This document shows, piece by piece, positions 1-12,677 of a stretch of 64,000 bases of DNA (positions are counted from its first letter, which is position 1; every line of letters begins with the position of its first letter). The translations under genes were made by a program, and so were the position numbers. The DNA lies in assembly GCF_033153115.1 (NCBI RefSeq), contig NW_026889772.1, positions 3,286,001 through 3,350,000 of the forward strand. The letters are read 5' to 3'. The stretch is from Saccostrea echinata (taxonomy: Eukaryota). Below the pieces are notes generated by a model, which did not search any database, had not been told where the DNA came from, and saw only the letters and a list, made by a program, of their open reading frames with translations.

Positions 1-3000
1 TCCATTTTTATTGAAAAAGCAGCTGTTAATGATGTCAAAAAGCCTGGACTTTAACTAATCGTGGGGAATGGTTGCATAAAGTGTTAAAAAGTCATACGTT
101 TTGATGTTATTGATTTTGGTAAATTTTTGAGATTTCAAATTTTCTAAAAGTTCCTTAGAATTTTTATTTATTTCTAATTTTGTATATTTATTTTGATTTA
201 CCTTACTTCTATATTCCCTTTGGTAAAACTTAAACTAAGTCGAGAAAAATAGTTTTTGAACGAATGCATTAATTTCTGGATATACATGTATGAACATGAA
301 TGATCTCTCTAACAAAACACAATCTTATCCATTAACATCCGTCTGAAGTAGCAGGAACTTAAGTCTTCATGAAACAAATAAAAACACATTTAATTGTTCT
401 TGATTTTATGTACATATAATGCACAAACACTTTAAGGCATATAATCAGTTAAGAAAAATTCTTTATTCAAATGAAATGATCTCTACATTTAATATTCGAT
501 TGAAATGCAGAAATAAAATAAAATGGAATTTAGTGTTCAGTGCAAGTGCTTTTTCCCCTTATATATGGACAGGAATTTAAAACACATGACTAATTTTCTC
601 TTTCAGACGTAGAATAAAAGAACATTACAGAAAAGAAATCAATTTACAATCTTGTTTTTTTTTTCCGAAAAGCAGTATGGAATTGAAACCTTTCCATCTG
701 ACATTACAATATAGACAAAAATTGTTTAGACCATACATGTACAGCTACTTCATTGAGGACAATAATGACATGAGGGGCTAACTTTTATAGATATCTGTAA
801 ATAAATCTGTTCTCCGTGACTAATGGACTGTTTCAACAATTAAAACACCGAATGGTTAACACTTTTGATTGTAATGAATTATTTTCATTAAATTTGACAC
901 CAATACACTCTGGGGAAAAGTAAATACAATCCATGATCATTATATCCAAAAAACATTTGATCTTGTAATTCCTGATGACACATAAACCCAATTGCTCAAA
1001 AGGGTTCGTGATAGATTAGATTGTAGATATCTAGTAGGTAATTTTATAGCAAAATGAAGTGTCAACTTTCAAGCCAGACAGCCATTAGAAAACAAGTTAC
1101 AGGTTTTCTCAAAACTTCCATCTGAAAAAAATGTATTTTACAACAATGAAATTTTTGGTGGGTATGTGTAACCCTTGGTGGGTATGTGTAAAACACAAAA
1201 CGAGAAACAAGAAACGCGAAACGAAAAACAATGGAATGAGATTCAGCATACAATAACATGTCAACACAGAGGGACAGTTTGTGGTTTTGCTTTCATTTTG
1301 ATACATAACAGATGCAGAGTGAAATGAAAACATCTAACTGAAGTCAGCTTTATCAGCGACCCGCACAGCTATCTCACACAGAAAAAAATATATTGTTGAC
1401 AAATTTAATTAATACAATACTATTGCCTGAAAGAAATTCTTACTCAATTTTTGTTTATAATAATAAATTTGTCATCAAATGATACCTTCAGTGATAAACT
1501 ACTTGAATGTATTTCCGCTGGGGTACTATATAACGGTCCAAATTTCTATGTTAGAACTCTAACTATACCTCTGTCTAAAAAAAGAAGCAATTATTACAGA
1601 TCATTAGCTTTTTACTACCATAATTCCATGAAAATCTTTGTGATTTAGTAATTCTGGTAATATTATAGGTGAAATTTAATGTCGATGTTATAATAATAGC
1701 TTTTCTAATACTACATATGTATTTTTATATTGAAATATATTATTAAATGTTTTGTTTATTCTTTGATTATGTAACAATCAGATAGTAATACTAGTATGAA
1801 GTGAAATGTCTTACCAGTTATTAAATCATGAACTTTTTAGTTTGTTGATATCTTATTAAATCTGTCAAGATTATATCAGTAAGCTGTGCGGACTCGCTGA
1901 TAAATCTGACCTAAGTTAAAAGTTTTAATTTCACTTAGCATCTGTTTTCTAACAAAATAAAATCAAGGCAAAAGCTGTCTCTTGGTTGACATTTTGGGGT
2001 CATTGGTTACTTTTTTATTCCGTTGTTTCTCGTTCTTGTTTCTCGTTTCGTCTGAAAATAATACCCTAAGCTTTGTGTTTTATGAAAAACGGGCCCTTTC
2101 CCTCTATATTTGACAGTGTATTTAATAAAATGATATACCATTACATAGGAAAAATTACTGATAAGTCCTGAAAATATGCCCTGTTCACACGGAGAGTTTA
2201 ATTCGAATTAAACGTAAGTTACTGCAATTAAATATGAATCGCGTTCACACGAAGAATTTAATGCGAATGAGTTTAATTCGAATTAATTTACTTCGTATAA
2301 GCTCCGTGTGAACGCTAATGAAGGCTAATCCGAATTAATGGCAAAATTAAGTCACATGCAACATGTCGGTGGTCAGATATAGGTACTTGTGCTATTTTTG
2401 AGTGAAAACAAAGGAAAATTGTTTTAAAAATGGATCTGCTCTGCATAAGGTGATATTTATTATCAGGCTAATATTATGTGACTAAATTTACCTCCATAAA
2501 AACTCTGTGATCTGGAGAACTCGCGTGTAAAAAAAAAAAAAACTATTGATTTGACATCACAAGTGACAAAAATATGACGTTATATGCCAAAACACTTTTA
2601 CACGTAGTTATATATTGTCAAAAATGGTGACGCTGGACGATAATGTGGAGCACCAACTGTGTTGAGCGGTATATGACTCCTGTCCATGCGGGAAAAGAGA
2701 TGTTAACAATGAAATGATAAAACCATATGTCTCGGACACAGATTTTTACCCCACCTCTGTTGATTTTTGGATGATATCCTGGCTTACGATTGGTTGAAAT
2801 CTGTCACGTGAAGGGGGTGTATTACTTATACCTAGTCGCTTGAAAATCAATACATGGTCGATACGGAGTTATCGTTCTTTTGTCAGAACGAGTTCACGCG
2901 ATTTGCCGAGTGTCTGTTGACAATGTTACAGTTAACTAATGTAAGTAACGAAGATGGAACCTTTTTCTCCCTTTACTGAAAGTCTTCAAAACTGTCAGTA

Positions 3001-3329
3001 CGTTATTAGCCTATAGCACGAAACACTCGCAAAACAACATTACGTCACACAACGTGACGTCATAATAGGCATTGTATGAGTGATGAAACATATATATAGT
3101 GAGAAAAACAATTTTACAAACCACAGACAATGCATAAATATTTTATCGGTGGGGTAAATTCGTTACATAGTTTTTTAGTGACAGGGTACGGGATGATTAA
3201 TAATGCTGTTTAATAATGCAAGCAGTAAGATTTATGATCGGGGATGAGAAATTTTCTATTTAAAAAAAATAATTCCGCGATGTTTTGGTAACGCTAGTAT
3301 TTGAGATGGATAACTTCTAAAAGAAAATT

Positions 3330-3750
3330 AAATACAGTATTCAATTTATGCTTCAAGCGAATTTTATTAGAAGCACGATTCCAGAACAATTTCACAAACA
3401 AGTTGATGAAACAAGAATATCGTTTAAAGTCATCATTTCGTAAGTTCTATGGCCGATACAATGACCTTGTCAGCAAATACAATCTATCAGTAAGTCAAAT
3501 GCTGACTGACTTTTTTTCATACTAATTGTTAGGCCATTATTTACACACTGAATTGTCGACGGATATTTCCCGACCATGACAAGGAGCACACGGCGGGTGT
3601 GACCGGTCGGCAGGGGATGCTCACTCCTCCATGACACCCGATCCCACCTCTGATGTCTTAGAGTTTCGTGTTTGCTCTGCTCTTATTTTGTAATGTTTAA
3701 TGGACTTTTTAGCTCGAATACTGTTCGTTATCTCCATATATTTCATTCAC
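3330..3750 (+). mobile_element. Penelope-like retroelement 3' fragment (RT C-terminus plus conserved GC-rich tail)
   Basis: Encodes NKLMKQEY-RLKSSFRKFYGRYNDLVSKY, followed by GCGGGTGTGACCGGTCGGCAGGGGATGCTCACTCCTCC...ATCCCACCTCTG. Near-identical inverted copy at 4657-5030. Confidence 0.7.
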
Positions 3751-4656
3751 TAATGCCACGAGTTACGTTTTGACGTCGTCAGTGTTGCGCCGACAGCTAT
3801 TTTTTGACATTCGTAAACTTGAGAGAAAAGTTTTATTTATAGAGATATTTTATTTTGTATATATCAAATGGTGAGCAACGTCTTAAAGATCAGTACATAC
3901 ACAAATGTCAAAGCGGTATTTATGATTGTGTTCTTATGAAAAACAAAACCAGCATCAAAACTCAGTCCGGTGTGAGTATATATGTATATTGCACTTCATT
4001 TTCTTACAACGTGGTCCTAATTTTTTTCGTGAACGAAATATGGAAAGGAACTAGCATGAAACTTTCCAAAAGATGTTTCAAACATCAAGTGACAATAAAA
4101 TTTCGTTATCTGACAATGTTTATCGCAAGAACTTGCGAGAACTTGACAGGTATCGCACAGCAGTCGTGACTAAGTAAAATACGTCTCAATAAACAAGAAA
4201 ACATTGATGTTGCCATCAATTGTCGCCCGGGAAATAAATGAAGTAAAATCTTGATCATCAAACCGCTTCGATTTGTGTGATAAAGGACTGAGACTATAGT
4301 CGATAAGATTTACGGAAAGCTTCTAATCGGATTAAAATCGAACAAAAACGATGACGTTTTAAGCTTTTTCATTTCGTCAAGTAACTGTTGGCTACATAAA
4401 ATATAAATTAAAATCAGACATGTGTATCATCTATCATCAAAAATATATTTGACTTAATGAATATAAAACACAAACTGTGTAACGTACGTTTTTATGCAAT
4501 AAGTAAAATTTTATGTTTTAAAAAAGGTCCTGTCGATAGTAAATGATAAGCAACTTTGTATATTATATAAAAAAAAACATTTATTTTTATAGATGTACTT
4601 CATGGAAGTAAATATATTGTGTATCTCTTAATTAATAAAGGGAAAGAACATTCTGA

Positions 4657-5312
4657 TGAAATATATGGAGATAACGAACAGTATTCAAGCTCAAAAGTCC
4701 ATTAATCAATACAAAATAGGAGCAGAGCAAACACGGACCTCCAAAACATCAGAGGTGGGATCAGGTGCCATGGAGGAGTGAGCATCCCCTGCCGACCGGT
4801 CACACCCGCCGTGTGCTCCTTGTCATGATCGGGAAATAACGAAAAAATCCGTCGACAATTCAGTGTGTAAATAATGGCCTAACAATTAGTATGAAAAACG
4901 TCAGTCAGCATTTGACTCAATGATAAACTGTATTTGCTGACAAGGTCATTGTATCGGCCATAGAACTTACGAAATGATGACTTTAAACGAGACTGCTGAT
5001 ATTCTTGTTTCATCAACTTGTTTGGCAATAAATTACCTCGTTTTAGAAATTGTACATACATAGAGCATGCTCTTGCGTATCAAATCAACTGAGAGATATA
5101 AACCCCGTATGCAGGTGATGAAGGTATATTGCTGCGTTTATCATATTAACGACTTTTTCAAGTAAAATATCCAAATATGAAACAGATTTGTCAGACTCTG
5201 TGGTATCTTTTATCTCAAGCTCATCAGGATAAATCGTATCGACATAAGAATGGAGATAACCATTGTTAATTGACAATACGTCGTCGATATATCTAAATGT
5301 CGAGTTGAAGGC
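4657..5312 (-). mobile_element. Penelope-like retroelement 3' fragment including the RT catalytic motif
   Basis: Minus strand reads FNSTFRYIDDVLSINN...IYPDELEIKDTTES..SYLDIL, then after deletions KSSFRKFYGRY and the same GC-rich tail. The ORF ends after the RT thumb with no C-terminal endonuclease. Confidence 0.75.
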
Positions 5313-6305
5313 CTGATGTATAATGTTAACCTTTAATTCTGAATAACTTCTCCCACCTCAATCCCATACACCAAAACTTAAACTTATATGTATCGAGCAG
5401 TCCAGTCCTCCGGGCTGCAATAAACATTCTTGTAGTTGTTCCTATGCAATTTTATATTTATTAATTTTCGGTTGTTTTCAGCAGAAATAACAAATTGAAC
5501 AAGGTAGTTATATTTGCTTCAGTTTGAAAATTTGGAGACACTTGGTATTTTGCCTCTAAGGGGAAAACGTAAGAGTTCGAAGTTGCAAAGGCGATAAAAC
5601 TTTTTATTATTATGCATACCCGATATCCCAAAATTTGTTAGTTATATTTGATAATGTTGTTTACAAGCCATGATCTTGTGATTTATATGCAAAATCTTAT
5701 GAATGAAATAAAAGAAAATCTTATTCATGCAAGATTTTGTTTTCTGTAGGAAACCTTGTGAAGTAGTTTTTCATATTGTTAAACATGTGATTCATATCCG
5801 ATAACTCTTGGATTTATATGCAATGATTTGATGATTTATTTGCGATAATCTTTTGAGGCAAATTGTAAATACATATAAACAACATTATCGAACATGAATC
5901 AAAGTTTTGCATGCGTCAAATAAAATTAAAGAACATGAGTATATAACAATTTAAATATATATATATATATATATAAATCACTGCGTTTCAATTATTTCGC
6001 ATATAAAGCACAAGAAGTCCGCAAAGTTATCAAAAATGAATTACTTGCTTTCTTTTTCATATAAATCACAAGTTTACGAATATATAAAAAAAAAAACTTT
6101 TCGTATATCAATTAAATAACAAGATTTAGAATATGAATTTCAAGCTTTATATAATATAGATAATATAAATTAAATATACAATATAAATAAGCTTTCGAAA
6201 ACTAGAAACTAGAAACAAAAAAAAATCCAAATTTAATAAATCCCTGTTTTATGAAAATAAATCTTTAACAATGATTATATGAACCCTGCGGGATTTATCA
6301 CTTTC

Positions 6306-6345
<40 letters not shown>

Positions 6346-6555
6346 AAAAAAGGCCATTCCTTCGTCGAGTAAAAAAAATGCAAAGAGAGTTACCTCACTT
6401 TTAATTAAAAGAACTGGGAGATTGCATATCGTTATAAGTATTGTGTTATTTTTCCTCCGTCTTCTGAAACAAAATAGTCATAATAAAACATTTCATTTAT
6501 CAATATTCATTGAAGATGTAAATCCGTGTTAAAGAGTACCAACGGAATCTACTAA

Positions 6556-7281
6556 AGAGGGTGTTGCAGAAACTCGTGATTATTCCCTATATCGAGAAGG
6601 ACATTTAAATACCCACGACGCATGAAGAGTTATCTCTAAATATAGATAATGCTACGTAGATGACTTTATTTATACGACGTGTACGTCCAGCTTGTTATAA
6701 CAAAAAATTTAACATTTTACGTTTATTTCACGCATAGTTTTTTCCTATTAGGAAAAAATTAACATAGACTAGTGACCTGTAAGTAAATTTTTTTCACATT
6801 TATGGTCACTATCGCCATATTGCACGAGAAAAGTTAGAACGATAAAAATCACAATTAATGGCAAGTGCACCTCGCACATTATTTTGAAAGATGTATGTAG
6901 ACTGCGTGCGTTAATATTTTTCAATATATAAAAATGTGTACAATAATCAGGCTGTTGATGCAATATCCAAGAAATTCCATTGAGTCATTTCAATTTTAGT
7001 TGTTTCAAGTCAAATCTGAGCCACTAGTTAACAGAACAATAATGAAAGGAAATGCATATGAAAAAAATTGAATTATATTTAAAATGATAGTACTTTATTT
7101 TAGACATCGCAACTAAATAATAACATTAAATATATGTCTTATTAGTTTTAGATCACAATATCAAGGAAGACAATTTAATTCTGCATGCATTTAAAATATT
7201 ACCCATTAATTTTCTAACATTCTCTCCCTCTCTCTTTCTCTCTCAAAAGAAGTGTTACATTGTTCTTCCATTATATAAGAA

Positions 7282-7362
<81 letters not shown>

Positions 7363-7893
7363 ATATATCTATCAGCCATTCCGGGATTCGAACCCATTCT
7401 CAGGTAAAAAGAATCTTTTGCATAGAGTCCACACGCTTTACCACTAGACCAGTTCCAACAGTGATCGAAATATCGTGTGCTATTTTATGTGCACATTTTG
7501 CATTTCGGATGGATAATAATTTTTATTCGATTTTTGTGATTTTCGAAAATATGCCTCTTTTAAACAAAAAATCGGAAATGGCAGTTTTGAAGAAAAATCC
7601 TGTCTCTTTATGCGTATATCAAATTCATTCTGTTTCAAGGAGGCAATTTTTCAGAACAATGGGGATTCCCTACTTGAAAAACAGAAAACTTGACTTATTT
7701 TGCTATGTGACTAATTTACACTTCATTTAATGGCAAATTGGAAGTCGATATGCAGTTTCTAAATATTGTTCTACATTGTGCTGTATATACCGTTGTATCT
7801 GAAAAAATTTAAGACCGTTTTCCGTTACTTAAAATTTTTCTTTTAAACTGCTACAACTTCAGGGAAAATAACAAAAGAACTGCAACACCCTCT
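6556..7893. mobile_element. Non-autonomous DNA transposon with TTAA-type flanks (Kolobok-like), carrying a (TA)n tract and a tRNA-like segment
   Basis: TIRs AGAGGGGTGTTGCAG / CTGCAACACCCTCT flanked by CTAA and TTAA. Confidence 0.65.
7286..7370. repeat. (TA)n microsatellite, about 37 units
   Basis: Read directly from the sequence. Confidence 0.98.
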
Positions 7894-8758
7894 TTAAACC
7901 TCCCCGAAACATCATTATTCCTTACTCATCTTAATTATTTGTATATACAGACATTTTAAAAACCATTTACTGTTGTTTCATTGTGGAAAAGTTGTCGTTT
8001 AGGTTTTAGATATAATTTTGTTTATCCATTTTAGATAACGTGACCCTATAGGTATATATATTTCTAGAGTAAAAAGAAAAAAGAAAAAAAATTATTCCGT
8101 GGTTCAATAACTAGCAAATATCCATGGACATCATTATTTTCCCTTCATCTTCTGAATAAACAATAAAACACAACATGTGAAACCTCTTACCATTTGTTTA
8201 ATTCTATAGATTCTACATAGCTCCAGTACTTTATGAAGTACAAACAAAACTATCTGTGACATATTAGCTCTCTCTCTCTCTCTCTCTCTCTCTTAAATAA
8301 TCATTAATATCCATGAATTCTCAACCATTGGACGGAGTTTTCACAACATACGTACATTAACAAGACATCTGTAAGGAAATGATAGCTGGACAATATAAAA
8401 ATGATTAAAGAAACAAAAAAAAAATATAAATACATAAAAAAAAAAATCATTTATGAAAAAAGCACATTTTTCCTTAATTGAAAGTTATATACTAGTAGTG
8501 TCCCCTTTATCAATGAGTTCTCCTGTAACATTTTATGGCATCAAATTAAATTACAAGCTATGAGGCAACAACTGAATAGTATTTCTAAAAAGTGACAGGA
8601 AAACTGAACATACAATTTTCCTAGTTTTTGTGATAGAAAAGGTGCAATATTGTTTACTCTAGCTTTATTATGTACATAATTCACTACTTCACACCAAAAA
8701 AAAGTCAATATTTTCTCATAAAATAATATAGCACTATCACAGTCTTTATACAACTGCA

Positions 8759-8970
8759 GGGCCCCGTTTTACAAAAGAAGTTACGACTAAGACAAAACTG
8801 CAAATAACTCTTTTTTACATTAATTTGAATACGGTTCAAATCTTTTTAAAAAGAAATTAGAAAGATATTTTTATGCAAACATATTTTAATAGAAATATTA
8901 ATTTTACAAGATTTTACAATCAACTGAAGTTTTTGGTCTCAGTCGTGAGTTCTTTTGTAAAGCGAGCCCC
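8759..8970. mobile_element. MITE with ~35-bp imperfect TIRs
   Basis: GGGGCCCCGTTTTACAAAAGAAGTTACGACTAAGAC / GTCTCAGTCGTGAGTTCTTTTGTAAAGCGAGCCCC. Confidence 0.75.
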
Positions 8971-9809
8971 TGGACTTATAAGTCCGACCTCTGTAAACTG
9001 TTGTACAGTTATCCAGATCATGGCCTTCCCATATATAACATAAAACTTAGTTCTTTATGCTTCTACATGCTTATCACATTTCTTCTCAAACAAAAGGTAA
9101 CTTCATTAGTAATATATACTTTAATATATCTAATATTGAAATCTAACCTTAGGAGACTTCAATAGAGTTTATTGATTAGATAATTACTTGTATGTTAAAA
9201 TTTCTTCAAATTATTCATGTACATTTTTTTTTATTTCTTTACCTAACAAGATAGGAAATCACTGGTAAATTTTGTTAAATTCGTTTAGTGTAAAGAAAAT
9301 GTAACCACTGTATAGCACCTCAATCTCACATACAATTTCTCACCTGGCACAGGGCTACGTACTCACATTAGGAAAAACGATTTTAGTAGTCTTTCTAAAG
9401 AAGCTGTAAAAGATATTCGAAGTATTTTAAAAAAAAATACTAAACGGCAAATATCAAATATAAAATTAGAAATTGAATTATGTGTCCTAAACCTGTACTT
9501 CCATCGAGAAATGGATATACATGTAATATTGTTTCAGATGATGTAGTCGATACATTTAACATCGGGTGTGTGATTTATGATTTAAATGTATGTAATTTTT
9601 CCTGTTTTACATGAAAAGTATTGCAGTTTTGTGATAATTGTGACAATCTATTCTCTATGACAATTAGATAAATGAGAGCAATAAATATCTCTACATGTAG
9701 CTCATTAAATAGAGATCTCCTATGTCTGATTACAATGCCCTAGGTGGAAATCTCAGTTAAGGATATACAAAAACTTGAAGAAACTGCCGAGATTTTTGAA
9801 ATATTATAT

Positions 9810-11995
9810 TCAGAAATCATCTTCATCACTAAAGGTGACATTTTGTTTTTCACTGGAATCAGTAGAATCTTCAAGTTCAGATTTAAAGTTCTCCTCGTCT
9901 GGTGTCTGGGTATCCGTGCTCCAATCTTCCGTTTGAAACACCTCAGGAGCTTCATTAAATGACACCCTTTTGCTGCTGCGAGTCATGTTCTCCAGATCCA
10001 AATTAAGAATATCTACATTTTTAAGACTGTCCTTCTCGGTTTGTGAATTGTTGGATTCATTACTGTTGTCATCTCCATTTTGTTCACTTTCTTTTTTATC
10101 ATTGCCTTTATCATCTTTCAAAGATTCTTCTTTCTCTTCTGTTGATTCATCTTTTTCCTTCGACTTTTCCTCTTCCTTCTGATCACGATCGGTCGATGTT
10201 TGTTCTGAATCAGATTCATCTTCTCTCTGAGAACTCTCGTTAAAATCTAGGTTAAGTTTTTCTATCACAGGACTTTCATCACTATCTTCCGTTTTTTCTC
10301 CCTCAAATTTTGTATTTTCAATTTTATTTAAATTGTCAATTGAATTAAACTGAGTCAAAAACACTTTACTTTCCTCACTCTCTCCTTTCTTCGATTCTTC
10401 ATTTTCAGTTTCTTCACTTTCGGATTTACCTCTGCTACTCTCTGTTTTATCTTTGTTTTCATTTTCCCTTTCGTCTTCTGTCTCTGGTTTAGAGTCGTTA
10501 GCTGGAGGGCTTCCCATTCCTACACAAGTCGCAGGTTCTGGAACATCACTACCCTGTGGCTCAGGTCTCTCTTCACCCTCCAACCTCTCCCAAATCTGCT
10601 CTGCAAAAAGCTTCCTCTGTCTGGAAGCTACATGTTTAGGTACTCCTGCCTCAGCAGGGAAAGGCACTTTAAAAGGATTGGAAGAGTTCTCCTCATTCAT
10701 CACATCTTCCAGTTTAGGAACCACAGCCTGCCGTGGAGATCCTGAGGATTTTTTGGGAGGTGGAACCCTTCCTGCTGGGGCTGTTTGAGGACGCCTGGTA
10801 CCTGTTGGAGGTCGTTTTATTGCCTTACCAGAAACGTTTATTTGACCTCCAGGATTTGGATTTTCAGTCCTGTCCGATTCCAATCGGTAAGAATAACGAA
10901 CATTTTCGCTAGCTTCCGACTCTTTCCTTTCTGAATCAAAATCTGCACCTCCAAATTTCTTATTTAATTTATCATCAATTCTTTTCACTCCAGTATCAAT
11001 TCTCTTTTTCCCTTCCAGAACATTGTGGACTCTTTTTCTTGCAATATCTGGAATAAGTTTGTTAAGATCTGGGTCAGATTTAGACATTTGATCTTGTTTA
11101 TGCTTTTCTTCCAACTCTTTTTTCTTCTGATCTTGTTTCCGTTTCTGTGAAACCCATTGATCATATGACATCCTGTTACCTTCAGCACTTTTGGATCGTG
11201 ATGATGACGCAGTTTTTGGTCGTTCTTGGTCAGATTTTTGGCCATGTGGACTGTTACCATTTACAGCAAGCTTTATTCGTCCTGCTACAGGGCGCTTGTA
11301 AATGAACTTCGAGGTGGGTGGATGTGGAGTGGCCAAGAGCGCAGAGTCATTTGGTGATTTGTTTGATTTCTCTCTTATATTAACATTTGTTTCGGGAGTT
11401 CCTTCCACTTTTATTCCACCAGGCGTAGAAGGATCTTTGCGTCTAAGAGGAGCAGATTCTGGACGGATGTTCTTCTTTTCATTTTTCTCTTCATACTCCT
11501 TCAGAATCCGTTTATGTTCTTTCCTTTCTTTTCTTTTCTGATCTGCAATTTCCTTATTTTTTTGATCGGCCCACTTTTTGTAAATTTTCTGAGCTTCAAG
11601 CCTCTTCTCAAATTTTTCATTGGCTTCCAGCACCATCTGCTCTCGCTCTGCCCTCTTCTTTGCCTTTTCTTCTTTAACTTTCTTTCTGTAGAGTTTATCT
11701 TTCTTTTTTAGCCAGATTCTGAGCTCCTCTTTGCTGGAATACTTCAGGTGGTAGTTCATCCTCTCCTGTTCATCTATATCTCTGGGCGTTGTCACTGCTG
11801 TGCTGCCCGTTTTCTGTGTAGTTGCAGTGTTGTGTGAGTGAAATGATGAATTGTCTATGGTTGACTCGGAATTCTTGCGCTTAGACCTTTTCTTATGTTT
11901 CTTAGAAAGATATTCATGTTTTGGATTTCTGCTGTCTTTGATAATGTTCTGCATGGATCGGTAAGCCATATCCGTGGATTTGTTGGACAGTTCAC
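9810..11995 (-). CDS. Gene 1, last coding exon: charged coiled-coil with W-x-x-x-K motifs (CCDC181/CCDC34/MAP9-like) and a long acidic tail; full CDS 3177 nt, 1058 aa
   Basis: 719-aa ORF 9810..11969 extends upstream to acceptor tttgtAG|GT GAA CTG at 11995. Motifs LRIWLKKK, IYKKWADQK and SYDQWVSQK resemble those of microtubule/cilia-associated coiled-coil proteins. Family assignment is tentative. Confidence 0.85.
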
Positions 11996-12445
11996 CTACA
12001 AAGAAATTCCAGTGTTTAGTTTTTATGTCTAAATGATCATTGATTGTATCTTATGTACATTCATTAGTATATTAATAATATATGAAAGAAATAACTATAA
12101 CGACTGGAAATCAATTTTCGGAAAAATTTCAAACCAATACTATTATAAATATACATGTACATTATTTTGGAAAGTGTTCCAAATTTTGTGGTATCACATG
12201 CAATTTTTTTCTGAATATTTATTTTGCTTCTCAAAGAAGTGTACAAGGCACAAATATATGTTATAAGTTTCTAAAATGCTTCAGCCAATTTTTTTTCGAA
12301 TAAAATCATATTCTGGACCTTAAAATTGGAAAATAAGATTATATAACCCATTTCCCGTGCCCAATGTTAAATACCTTTTTTTTTTTCTTGAGATATCCCG
12401 TTGTTTTCCTAAATTTCACTTTAAGAGAGAAATAAATTACATTAT

Positions 12446-12677
12446 ACCGTATGAGTAAAATTTTTAGCAAGGATTTAATTTTGGCATTATTAGCGAGGGT
12501 ACTGAGATCGCTAAAATTGAATATCGCTAAAAATTAATCGCATTCTATTTGTAATAGCTTCTATAGTTAGCATTTTAAAATCGCTAAAATTACTGGTCGC
12601 TAAAAATAAATATCAATTTTTTAGGATAAATCGCTAAATTTTAGTCTCGCTAAAATTTCCACTTATACATGTACGGT
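12446..12677. mobile_element. TA-flanked Tc1/mariner-type MITE
   Basis: TA-CCGTATGAGTAAAATTTTTAGC ... GCTAAAATTTCCACTTATA[CATGTA]CGG-TA, with internal TCGCTAAA repeats. Confidence 0.75.

Noticed and set aside
1156-2340. Short inverted motifs at 1199-1238 / 2017-2052 and a GCCCTGTTCACAC terminus at 2178
   Set aside because: Probably decayed MITE remnants, but matching ends and TSDs could not be defined.
7206-7730. ORFs with (IY)n tracts
   Set aside because: Translations of the (TA)n microsatellite inside a transposon.
9744-11711. Several plus-strand ORFs, plus similar ones at 17401-17838
   Set aside because: Antisense shadows of low-complexity coding exons of gene 1.
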